A stretch of 64,000 nt of DNA from Podarcis melisellensis (lineage: Eukaryota): the NCBI GenBank assembly GCA_964234715.1, contig OZ174276.1, one strand, 5' to 3'. A program made the position numbers and the translations under genes. The notes under the pieces were generated by a model. The model saw only the letters and a program-made list of their open reading frames with translations, was not told the origin of the DNA and made no database searches. Shown piece by piece: positions 13,558 through 25,145 of the stretch (its first letter is position 1; each line of letters begins with the position of its first letter).

Positions 13558-13789
13558 AAGTGCTAACTTCAATTAACAACTTCCTGGTTTTGTTTTTGCT
13601 AGTTTGCTGTTAAGGGCAAACTGGGGTCTGCATGCTCAGAAGACATGGCCTTGCCCATGTAGAATGGGATCTTGAGACCCATAAAGAGACATATATATTT
13701 GGTGTTTGGTGCTCAAGGGGCAGACAGGAGCACTCCTTCCCCCTCTTCCACTAAGGCAAAATTATTTGGGTGCCCACCCTAATGTGGAG

Positions 13790-14132
13790 AAATGAAGAGA
13801 AGACTGAGAAGTGATATGACAGCCACCTTCAAATCTCTAAAGGACTGTCATGTGGAAGATGGAACAAGCTTGTTTTCTACCACTCCAGAGGGGTAGCAGA
13901 TTCAAATGACGAGAAAGGAGATTCCAACTAAAAATCAGAAATAATTTTCTGACACAAGTCTTCAGCATTGGATCAGGCTACCTTGAAAGGTGGTGGGCTT
14001 TCATTCAATGGTGGTCTTTAAACAGAGGTTGGGTGGCCATCTATCAGGCATTTCTAGCCGTGATTCTTGCACTGCATGGGGTTGGACTAAATGACCCTTG
14101 TGTTCCCTTCCAACTCTATTCCATTATTCTAT
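13790..14132 (+). mobile_element. CR1 LINE 3' fragment
   Basis: GAAGAGAAGACTGAGAAGTGATATG...GGTTGGACTAAATGACCC...CCCTTCCAACTCTATTCCATTATTCTAT. Confidence 0.8.
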
Positions 14133-14907
14133 ACCTGGAAGAAATGGAACAACTTGAAAACGAGGCATGCAAATGTTGTTCACAAAATGCTATCAACGTT
14201 GCATTGTTAGGCTTTCCAGGCATAAGTTCCTCCATATGTGTAAGCCAATAATAGCTATGCCACCTCTGTACCTGCCATCAGTTTCAGCGAGAAATAATAT
14301 GACAGCCACACTGTTCTTTCATCCCACGAGTGCCTTTTCCATAGAATCTATTGAATTTAATCAACTAGTTATAATGTAGTTCCAGTAGCATGCCATGTCT
14401 CACAAAACAAATTACTAGCTCACTATAATTAAAGAACTGTAGTTGGCTGGTGCAGCCTCAGACTCTCCTGCTCACTATATTGCTCCTCTGATGTTATTAA
14501 AAATCTAATCTAATCTATTTGCTAAAGCAGCCGATGAGCAACTGTGGCTCTTTCTACCTGCCTGGGCATACTTGTAGCCAATAAAATAATACAAGCAGTA
14601 CAAAAAGAAAGGAAAAAGGAGGAAAAAATGAGATATTCTAGTCTGAGGAAACTTTAAATTGTAAAATATAACAAAACATTGAAACAGTTCCTTTGATCAT
14701 GACACTGATGACTTGCTGTTACATATCCGGGAGAAGAAACAGAATATAGGAATTGATAGAATGCTTCAATATTAGAGGCGGTTCTAATGATCACATCACC
14801 AGGGGTGATGGGCTAAAAATTGCTGAAGGGGTCCTTGTATGAGTGTCGTAATAGGCACTCAAGGTTATGTACTTCTTTCTGTGAACTGGAAACCACAACT
14901 ATCATGT

Positions 14908-15066
14908 GGATAGCTCAGTTGGTTAGAGCATGGTGCTGACAATGCCAAGGTTGCCGGTTCAATTCCCCTAAGGGACAGGTGCATATTCTTGCAATGCGGG
15001 GGGGGGGGAGGGGTTGAAGTAAATGATCCTCAGGATCCCTTCCAACTCTATGATTCTATAATGATT
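14908..15066 (+). mobile_element. tRNA(Ile)-derived SINE with CR1 3' tail
   Basis: Head TAGCTCAGTTGGTTAGAGCATGGTGCTGACAATGCCAAGGTTGCCGGTTCAATTCCC resembles vertebrate tRNA-Ile; tail GGGGTTG...ATGATCCTC...CCCTTCCAACTCTATGATTCTAT. Confidence 0.8.
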
Positions 15067-15427
15067 CAAGCCCCACCATCTTCCTTTCAGGACCAGACCA
15101 GAAGCCAACAGAGAGGGTGACCTCATTGTTAGCCTTAGCACACATTGTGTATGTTGGGAGGGGTTGTCACTATTTTTGCCATCATCACCACCTTTCACTG
15201 TGTTGGTGGTTGCCACAATGCAGTTCCCTGCAGCCAAGCTGGTGCTACTATTTCTTCTCTCCCAAGAGACCTAAAGTGAGGCCACTGCCTTCACTCTGAC
15301 CCATTTCATGAGGACATTAGCACCTCTGAGATTCTAATCATTGTGTGGATGTCCAGGCTAAATCTGACCTCAAAGTCAGAAATCAAGCCAATCCCTTTCC
15401 AGTACAACAAACTGACCCACAGCTACC

Positions 15428-15862
15428 TGTAATGGTTATAGGGGTTGCTCGTGTGTAAGTTGCCGCCACTCCTGGCTAGGTTACCTGGTTGAACCCTTTC
15501 TGTTTGGACAGCCCTTCACTTCATGGCTGTTTCAGTCGCTGGCAGAATCCGTCAGTGGGCGTTTCTTGAACTTCTTCCAGCAAAGAAGTTCTTTGACGCC
15601 AAGTCTCCTCCTACTCTCCCTGCGTGGAAGTCTTCTGCGCAGGGAGGGTGTGGGCAGCGGAGTACCCGTACTCTCCCCACTGGTCTCCGGGGAAGAGTCC
15701 TGGAGCCTTCTCTCCGATTCCCCCATCTGCCCCCCTTCACCCCTGGTGTTACGCTGATTTCCTTCCCCAGCAGATGGGCTGCCTCTCTCCCTGCTGGGAC
15801 CCTCTCCAGCATCGCTCTGGAGCCTTGCCTCCGCCTCTGGCTCCGATGGCAGTTCCCTGACA
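15428..15862 (-). mobile_element. Solo LTR (probably Gypsy-type)
   Basis: 435 bp, TG...CA termini (TGTAA.../...TGACA), 5-bp TSD CTACC at 15423-15427 and 15863-15867, GC/CpG-rich relative to flanks. Strand and superfamily are inferred. Confidence 0.8.
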
Positions 15863-16008
15863 CTACCCATAAAATCTATTTCTTTCCTGTCATGAGTGAC
15901 AAAACCAGCTTAGGGATTTTGAACAGACAGAATAGCTAGCAATCCCTTCTGTACCCCTTCCATTGTTTCCCTCTCAATGTTGCAGGCTCTGCAGGCTCTT
16001 TTCCTTGT

Positions 16009-16010
16009 AA

Positions 16011-16060
<50 letters not shown>
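16009..16060. repeat. (AAT)n microsatellite
   Basis: Directly visible. Confidence 0.98.
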
Positions 16061-16062
<2 letters not shown>

Positions 16063-16399
16063 CATTGAGAAACTGAGGAAAGCCAAAATTCATATAGCTG
16101 CTGTTTATTCAGATTCCAAGGTAGCATAATCAACCTCTGTAAATATACTATTCAAGTAAAATCAACTGGGCATTACATTCTTCTTCAAAGATCCAATTAA
16201 AGATGGCGGAGTTATTCATTTCAATTTACATTTATTTTATTATTGATTCAATTTACTGTATATCTGGCCCTTCCTCCTCAAGGTGCCCAGGGTGGCAGAC
16301 ACAGCAATGGTAAGGCATTTAGAAATAGAATTAGAAAAACAGTTGAAAGCATTATCTCAACCAGTGATCTCTTGGGTTGCCTGCCTAACTTCCACAAGA

Positions 16400-16684
16400 T
16401 CGGCCTACTTAATTTGCAAACCAAAGCCTAGCATTTTTCTGAATTTTGTAATGCAGTTGCCAGAGTATATTTGGATAAAGTGTGCATAAAAATGCATGTA
16501 TTCATGAAAATGTTAAACTGCATTATTTTTAGGGAAATAGTTATGTTTTATTTTAAAATGTGCACATTTGGCAAAAATTACATACTGAAATATGTGTTTT
16601 GGGATAAATGTGGAAATGTGGAGAACTGAAGATTAGGAAAATGAGAAACCGGGTGAGACCAAAATCGACAGATTCTCCCAACCC
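16400..16684 (+). mobile_element. Partial copy of an unclassified non-autonomous DNA-transposon-like element (TAGGGATG...CCCTA family)
   Basis: Shares AATTTTGYARTGCAG, GCATAAAAATGCA and AAGATT.GAAAA...GACAGATT...CCCTA with 46334-46720 and, in reverse, 20535-20867. Confidence 0.6.
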
Positions 16685-17361
16685 TAGATATAGTGCAGAG
16701 CAGGGGAGGAGGAAATAGACATAAACTGTAAGAAGGCACAATGACACCCTCAGGATTTTTAAGCATTTGCCTCTCCCTCTGTCTCCGTCTCTTCAAGTTT
16801 CTCACAGAACAAACAAACCAGCCAAGTAGCCAGCAGTTACTTTGAAAATTCCCATAAATGAATTCCTTAATGAAGTGACACTGATTCTACAGCCCTTTCC
16901 AAACTATTCCACAGAACTACTGTACCATAACTATCAAGCTGCAGAAATAAAGTTAAAAGGAAATGGAAACAGCACAACACACAGTAATAACCCAGGAGAC
17001 AGTAATTAGGAAATCAAATGAGGGGGGGAAGACAGAGCCAGGCAAAAAACCTTAAAATCAGTTAGCATACCAAGGGTTATCAAAGAAATATTAAATATTA
17101 ATCAAGCATAGTGTATGAGAATGTGCATATATTAAAAGCTTGTTTTTAAAACTCTTCTCTTTTATATAAACACTATCCTAGATTAACGGTATCAGTCAGT
17201 CTCGTATCATTAAATCGGCTGGCTGAATAAAAAACCGTTTAGATACTGGCTTGCTCATAGATCTGCAATGGGATCTGGAAGGCAGCAAACAGAACTGCAC
17301 ATTTGTATCACTCGTAGGTAATATCCCACATGTGCTGTGTATCACATAACTTGGATAGGCT

Positions 17362-17527
17362 TCTGGCACCTTAAAAAACTAGCAACTTTAATTATGGCTT
17401 AAGCTCCCTTCATTAGATGTGTCTGATGAAATTTAGCCCACAAAAGTTTATGCCATGTCAGACTTTAAGGGGCCGCAAGCCTTATTGCTGTCTTGCTGCA
17501 GCAGACTAACACAGCTAACCTTCTGGG
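17362..17527. mobile_element. Penelope-like element remnant (inverted partial pLTRs) with decayed hammerhead core
   Basis: Inverted arm TGGCACCTTAAAAAACTA...AAGCTCCCTTCATTAGATG abuts direct arm TCTGATGAA...CCACAAAAGTTTATGCC...TTTAAGGGGCCGCAAG...CAGACTAACACAGCTAACC. Confidence 0.65.
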
Positions 17528-17629
17528 AATCACAACACGCATAAGTTTTTGCATTTGTGATGCTATTTGTGCAATGTCTGCTGCAAGAAACAATTTAATC
17601 AGGATTTACACCCATTAAATAAACAGTAA

Positions 17630-17785
17630 AGAGCACCCCTAGGCATGTATACTCATAAGTAAGTTCCATGTTACTCAATAAGGCATATTCCCAGTTGAGT
17701 ATACCTATACACACTTACCTGAGAGTAAATCCCATAGAATTCAACAGGCATTACTTTGGAGTAGAGATGTATAGGAATTGCAGTC
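17630..17785. mobile_element. Adjacent short palindromic MITE-like repeats (CCTAT...AGTAAGTCCC...GTATAGGATTGCAG family)
   Basis: Two imperfect hairpin units; similar units at ~30845-30935 and ~60625-60785. Confidence 0.5.
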
Positions 17786-19087
17786 AGCCAATTAAATGCA
17801 TGACTTAACAGAATTTGGGGGCATTATTTATTTGTTTTTAGATGATGCAGGCAGCAGACGAGATATTCTTTCCTGAAAAGCATGCAGGCCATCACTAGTG
17901 GTTTTCATAAGTTTCTTACACAATGAAACTATTACTATATGAACGCATATACCAATGAAATTTTAAGATAAAATAGCGGGTGTGAAGAGTGTTGAGGTGG
18001 TGCCACTTTTTGATCTTACAAAGACCAATGGTAGAAATATTGATTGTCCCATTTCCCCATATTTTGCTACTTTTCACATCATAAGGATGGCGTTTTGAAT
18101 TCTGTATTCTCTTTTGGGGATTCCCCCCCCCCTTTTATTTATTTATTCAAGTAAGATGTTTATATACGCCAATAACACACAAGAACCAAACAAAAAAACT
18201 CAAAACAACAAAACTGAATGAAAACTAATATTAAGCAAACACACACCAAGTCCAAATCTGAGTTGTTTCGTTCACACACCCTGCAAAAATGAATTTATTA
18301 CTGTTGGTGTTGGAGAGGAGGTAGTAACATTTTTAAAAGATTTGCTTTGTTTATAAATATATTGTCTTTGAGGTCATTCGTAGGGAAATGTTTAGGCATG
18401 GGAAAATATCATTTTTGAAAAATAGTACTGAAAAGAAGAAAACTGGGGTGGGGGGAACACTGCATTTGCTCAAAAGCAAACTAATTAATGCTATCTGATT
18501 ATTTAAATAAGGAGAAATAGTAAACTCACGGTACTGAACTAAAGCTGCAGACATGCTGGAGTGCTTCAGTCCATAGCAAGATGCTGTTACTACATATAGT
18601 CAATAAAACTGAAGTCAAGTCAACAATGCAACAATATGGCTATTAGGAAAACCAGAGCGTGTGCACATTACACAACAATTACAAGGCTGTGCATTGATCT
18701 GTATATTAATCAGATTTATAACAATGGGCTGTTTTGTACTCCCTCAAGCCTACAATAATAATAAAAAAACTACTAGGTTATGAATTGCAACATGACTTAA
18801 AATTCCTTGTTGATCACAGCTGAGTAACTGGGTAATCAGGTGTAAAAAAGTTAGGATGAAAGGAAATTAATCAAATTCAACACAATAATTACTACACAGC
18901 TCTTCTCCCTTAAATAAATTTAGTGGACTAAAATGATAGGAGAAAGGGAAGCGGTTTACTTATTTATTTTTAAAGATGGCCCTATAAACCAATGTCCTGT
19001 TGCTTCCAGGTCGATGCAGCTTCCTTATCCTGGACAAGTAAATACCATCCATGCAGCCAGAACTTTCAATGAAATGTGATCAGTTAT

Positions 19088-19554
19088 GTTGTTGTTGTTT
19101 AGTTGTGTCCGACTCTTCGTGACCCCATGGACCAGAGCACGCCAGGCACTCCTGTTTTCCACTGACTCCAACAGTTTGGTCAGACTCATGTTTGTAGCTT
19201 CGAGAACACTGTCCAACCATCTCGTCCTCTGTTGTCCCCTTCTCCTTGTGCCTTCCATCTTTCCCAACATCAGGGTCTTTTCCAGGGAGTCTTCTCTTCT
19301 CATGAGGTGGCCAAGGTATTGGAGCCTCAGCTTCAGGATCTGTCCTTCCAGTGAGCATTTCCTTAAGAATGGATAGGTTTGATCTTCCTGCAGTCCATGG
19401 GACTCTCAAGAGTCTCCTCCAGCACCATAATTCAAAAACATCAATTCTTCAGCAATCAGCCTTCTTTATGGTCCAGCTCTCACTTCCATACATCACTACT
19501 GGGAAAACCATAGCTTTTACTATACAGACCTTTGTTGGCAAGGTGATGTCTCTG
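19088..19554 (-). mobile_element. 5'-truncated Bov-B (RTE) LINE
   Basis: RT C-terminal peptide MRREDSLEKTLMLGKMEGTRRRG..RWLDSV; (CAA)n tail; 12-bp TSD GTGATCAGTTAT at 19076-19087 and 19555-19566. Confidence 0.93.
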
Positions 19555-19585
19555 GTGATCAGTTATACAATAATAATATTTTTAT

Positions 19586-19635
19586 AAATAAATAAATAAA
19601 TAAATAAATAAGTAAGTAAGTAAGTAAGTAAGTAA
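19586..19635. repeat. Compound (TAAA)n(TAAG)n microsatellite
   Basis: Directly visible. Confidence 0.9.
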
Positions 19636-20016
19636 ATCGTATGATATAGGCTAAAAGACCTAATGAGTCCACTGTAGGAATGTGAGAAAAGGAGTGAAGA
19701 TCATCTCATGCGAGTGCAAGCAAATACTTCTGGCGGATCTGCCCATTAAAGAGCTGCATCTTGGTACAACCAGGAGGGGAAACCTGGCCCTCCAGAACCA
19801 AGGGGTCTGGAATTGGCTCTCCTCGCTTTCAACACTCCCTGCTGCAACTTGAGCCCAAACTCACATGGCAGATTACCACAACCTCCGAATGGGCAACCCA
19901 TTAAATGGATTTCACACGACACCCAGCACTGTAGCCTTTCCCAGGTAACGCCATAGAAATGAGGCCATTACTTGGGACTTGGGTCTCACAGCAAGGAGAG
20001 ATGGCTCATTTGGATC

Positions 20017-20139
20017 CAGTGCTGTCTCTCTAGAAGAAGAGGTGCTGGAACTCACCATGAACACCTCCCTCATTCTCTTAGAATGGCAATGGTGCCTACC
20101 TGAGAGGCTGGCAAGTTTCTGGCTGGGGGGAAAGCCCTG
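20017..20139. mobile_element. hAT-type MITE
   Basis: Termini CAGTGCT.../...AGCCCTG; near-perfect 8-bp TSD TTTGGATC / ATTGGATC. Confidence 0.7.
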
Positions 20140-20534
20140 ATTGGATCACTGGTAAGTCAAAAGAAACAGGTGGGCTTTAAAAATGGACCTGGCACAAAGA
20201 GAAAGACTGGGGTTTTTCCACTAGGGTGTCCACCCCTTCTTTCAGCTTGGGCTCTTCTTCTGAGAGCTGGGCACAGCACCATCATCTGATTTGGTGTGAC
20301 ACCAGTTAGACCCAAACTGAATCCTGGGCTTTGCACAGTGTTTAATTAGGGTTAAGAACCCTGATTAAGCATGCATTTGGGAGGAGGAGACGCTCTGTGT
20401 GGGCCTGGTCTGACTCAGGGCTATCGGAGGCAGCCTACTCCAGCCAAATCTTTAAACCAACAGCTTTCTGGTTAACACTGCTGGGGGACTCATTTTGCCA
20501 CATATTAACCTTCTCATAAGGTCATCTAACAAGA

Positions 20535-20867
20535 GGGATGGACAAATCTGCCAGTTTCAGTTTCTGATGCTCAGTTCCCCACATTTTCAAATCAGTTTGC
20601 TATACATTTGTATGCAGATTTGCACATGTGTGCAAAGCATTTTCTCCTAATATGATGCATTTTTGTATATTATTTTCACTTCTCTGTGCATTTTTGTGCA
20701 CACTTTACCCCAGTATATGCATTTTTGTACATAATAACTGGCTGGAGAATTGCATTACAAAATTCAGAGCAATGGGAATTTTATAGGATCACTTTTTCCC
20801 CTAGAAAGTGCAAAATGGGTAAGTTCATCTTTAAATGTGAACTGAATCATATTTTCCTCCCCACCCC
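20535..20867 (-). mobile_element. Unclassified non-autonomous DNA-transposon-like element (TAGGGATG...CCCTA family)
   Basis: GGGATGG...CCACCCC termini; reverse homology to 46334-46720. Confidence 0.6.
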
Positions 20868-22538
20868 TATCTAAAAATGCTCTTTCCCATCCAACTTCCC
20901 TATCAGGTTAACTGGTATCAACTAAGGAGATAGTTCTTACTATTTACCCCTCCTGTTACTGAATGCCTTCCCAAAGGAGGCTTGCCTGGCGCCAAGGTTC
21001 TTTCTTCTGGAGATCAGGCAAAATCATTTCTATTTCTATCACACTTCTTAATTGTTCATCATTTTCTCTCTGCTTTTTCATTTTTCACTGGCATGTGTTT
21101 CTGGCTTTTTGTGTTTCTACTCTGAAATCAATCTAATGAATATGTTTTAAATAAACAAACAAACATACATACAAAGCTCTTTTTATTTAAAAAAGGCCAA
21201 GATTTAAAATACATTTGTTCAACCTTTGAAATACATTTCCATAACCTGGCAGAAACATTGGCGCAATCTTTAAATATTTATCTTTGAATTCCCATGCTTG
21301 TATGTATTTAGGAATGTTTTCATAAATGCATCAATAACTGTCTTGTATGGCTCATTAAGGCAGCTTTTTATCCTTTAGTGTGATCGCGCAGTTTACAGCT
21401 GCATGTGAATCACTTTTATAGGCATCCATTAAGCATGCCCTTCAAACTGCAATTATTTGTCAGATTTTTGTATCTACTTGAGCAGTCACGAAAGAAATGA
21501 GTGCTGAACAGACACACAAGCACTTGGAAGCCAAAACTGGCCCACTTCCAGCAGTGCATTTTCTCCTCTAGCTACCACAACTACATAGTAGAACAGATGT
21601 TCTCAACTGATCAGCTTGGGCAAGCGAACCCATGTGGGTTCAAACACTATTGAGGAGAAATTAGATCCAGACCTGAAATAAACATTTGGTTTCTGGTAGG
21701 AGCCTTGTCTAGAGTAAGATCAAACTTAAAATTGGCATCCCCCCACTGCTCAGTGTAATTAATTGAATGATGCACATTGTGAACAGCAGTAGGAATATGC
21801 ATAGTATACACAGAGACAGAAAAATGTGCCATCATGATTCGCAGCACAAACTAGCCACTGGTTAATCTTCAGTTTGCCCACAATCTTTGGGTGGACTTTA
21901 GTGACACTGTTGACGTTTACTTTAAGTATCTGCATTGTTTTCTGTCCTTGTACTACTAGTTGTATCTGTGTTTCTTTCAATGTGCAACCAGGTCTGGAAT
22001 TGTATTTGCAATGAAACACTAGCAACAAATGTTTTAAAATAATAAATTACCTCCCTGGGTGTTCTCAGGTGAAACATGCCCTCTTAGCCTGTAATCTGCT
22101 GTACAGGAATCATAATATAGGTCTAGGTCACAGGCCAATTGCAAGGTTTTGTTTTTCCTCAGAAAGTAAAGCACTTGAACTAATTCAGAAACCATGATGC
22201 CATTATTCTGTTGTGCTTTATTATGAATGAGCTTGGTTTGATTACCAGGGATGCCAAGATCTGTCCTCTGATTTATGCCTGCCTCTCCCACTGCCATGTG
22301 AGAAGAAGTTCTGGCGAGTGCAGGGTACCTCCGAAAGCACAGTTTGGTGGGAGAGGACAGCAACTTTAAGCAAAGCTTGACACAATCATAACTAGCCCAG
22401 TGGAGCTTGAAAGACTGTAATAAAAAAAAAAATCTCAAACAAGCTAACCTACTGTATGGGCCGCAACAGAAACACCATCAACTCATCCCCAAATATTTTT
22501 AATCTATCCAAACACACACTGATCCAGAAAGATAACTA

Positions 22539-22707
22539 CCGTATTTTTCGCTCTGTAACACGCACCCGACCATAACACGCACATAGTTTTCAGAGGAGGA
22601 AAATCCGTAGGCATGCCACCCGTAGGCATTCCCTCCATAACACGCACAGACATTTCCCCTTACTTTTTAGGAGGAAAAAAGTGAGTGTTATGGTGCAAAA
22701 AATACAG
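22539..22707. mobile_element. Tc1/mariner-superfamily (Tc2/pogo-like) MITE
   Basis: TIRs CCGTATTTTTCGCTCTGTAACAC / GTGTTATGGTGCAAAAAATACAG; TA on the left; internal CATAACACGCAC repeats. Confidence 0.75.
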
Positions 22708-23333
22708 TTTCATGAGGCCTCTCCTGTTTCACAAAATTCACACATATGGTGCAGTCCTCTGGTGACCTAAAAGTTCCCCCCTCACCTTAAACTGAATGTA
22801 CCACAAGAGTCTGCATTCTTTTTACTGCCACCTGCAAAGGTGATCTCCCTGAAAGCAAGCTTCATCCACTAAGCATCCAAAATAGGGCAAAATATGTTTT
22901 ATTAGCTCTTTTGAAACTGGGCAAATATGTCCCACCATAGCAACTGTCAGGAAACCCCACTTTCAGCAGTGGCATCTTTGATACCTCCAAGAGAATTCTT
23001 GTTTATGTAAACAGGCAATTAAGATCGATGCTTGCATGTGTGGGATACTAAATTGCCACATGATGCTCTCATGGGGCTCATGGGATGTTGAGTCTATTTT
23101 TCAAAACAAACATGAGTGCCAAATTACTCTCCATCTAGTTTATATATCATGGATATAATATGATATATAAATGGGGGGAGGCTAACAATGTATTCATACC
23201 TGCATGACAAAAACAGATGTTTTTCCTAATTTAAACCACTGTGTGAACAATTGAGCATTTAAACAGGTACCCATTGCATATTTAGAAACAACAGCACCAG
23301 ACATCTCTCTGGGGAAGATGGTTGGAGACAGTA

Positions 23334-23559
23334 CAGTGGTACCTCGGGTTACATATGCTTCAGGTTACAGACTCTGCTAAACCAGAAATAGTACCTCGGG
23401 TTAAGAACTTTGCTTCAGGATGAGAACAGAAATCGTGCAGCAGCGGCACGGCAGCAGCTGGAGGCCCCATTAGCTAAAGTGGTGCTTCAGGTTAAGAACA
23501 GTTTCAGGTTAAGAACGGACCTCCAGAATGAATTAAGTACTTAACCCGAGGTACCACTG
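23334..23559 (+). mobile_element. Tc1/mariner-superfamily MITE (CAGTGGTACCTC family)
   Basis: Perfect TIRs CAGTGGTACCTCGGGTTA; TA TSD. Confidence 0.93.
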
Positions 23560-25145
23560 TATGGGCTGAGCAAAGAGGGACAGGAGTGCAGCAGATTATA
23601 CTACACACTCAGGAAATAGTTCATTTGTAAAACACAGATAAGAGTCAAGGTCAGGCAATGGTACAAGAGAAGTCAATGATACAATAGTATCCAGAAAAAA
23701 GTAAATTATATGGACAAATGAATTCATATGATTAATGGGATGTTCTGCATATTTTGACATGCTGCTAGAGAAATCAATATAATTCCGTTCCCAGAGTTGA
23801 ATCTCACTATTTTAAAAGGCGGAAAAGGTTGAGGGTGACAAGGCATTAAAGCGGTTCTTTATGTTTGCCATTGTGGATGTATGTCATATGCCAATTGCTT
23901 TCCTCAGCCCCACAAACATTATATGTAATGAATGCCTCGGTGTTGTACGTCTCACTGCTAAATACCATCAAATGTTGTCTTATTAATACAAAATCCAACG
24001 ATGATTAATGTTATGAATATCAAAGGAATTTATAATGACTCCCCACTTATGTCAAGGCACTGGTGTAATTAACTTGTGCACTGTGTTTGCATTATAAAAT
24101 TAACATAGAGGGAGCCAAAGATCACTTGGGTGTTAACATTGCTTTTTAGTTCTATTGGACAATGACAGCACAATTAATCTAGAGAAAATGGTTTACAAGT
24201 AAAGCAAAGGGTGAGGCTGCATGAATAAATGCTGGGCAAAAAAAGGGGGGGAAGTACATGTATACCGTAAGGAACGAGAATTCATTCTAAAGGGTTTTTA
24301 AATAGTGTATTTTAAATTGCTGTGACCTGTCCTGGGACCTGATGGTGAAGGCTTGGTTAGAAATCGCTATGATCATCATTATGATGTCCTCCAAACTCCA
24401 CTGTGCATACTCACATCAACACTGCACTTCACTGGAGCAGCAAGTGATGATTTGCAGCCATGGTGCTCTGTCTCCTGCCTACCTTATTGCCCTTCTGGAT
24501 CCACAATGGAGAAGCTCAAATGTATGTAGAAGCAAGGCAGCTGGCTTACCTGACAGACATTACTAATTGTGCCTTCTCTGCGAGATGACAGACTTACAAT
24601 GTGGAGAGGCAGATTTCCGGCAAGTTGAATGCATAGTTACAACATGCCTTAAAAACACAAACCTGTAAGGCTGACTAGTGTTATGGTTAGCTAATTTTAT
24701 ACACTTGATGCAAAACAGCATAAAACACCCTAATAGGGCTAGATCATTATCTATCGAAACTTAATACCTCACAGTAAAATTTACAGGCAGTGTGAAGCCA
24801 GAAAAGCAAGGAAAAATAAACTCTGTATACGTTAGTGAAACCTTATATTCATTGTATAGCTGCCATCCCATCAATGTCATTGTTAAGTTCAGTGGGCATT
24901 AATGTTCTTAATTTATGAATCCCTTTTGTAATTTATTGTATCATTATTTTGCTTGAGCTTGCATCTGTTCTGTGCACCAAAATCCCAAATGTCTCTCATC
25001 ATACTTGCCATTCTGGAAGTGCTTAACCACAGAGACTTGAACTTTAGCAGTTTGCGCAGAGATTTTATGCTCACTGATAAGGGTCTTAGCAGTGCGTGTG
25101 GTCATTCCCAGGTAGCCATGGGCACTGTGTGATATTCATCACAGG

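Noticed and set aside
13021-13579. Cluster of overlapping ORFs as a gene
   Set aside because: All derive from the rearranged Bov-B fragment and its antisense frames.
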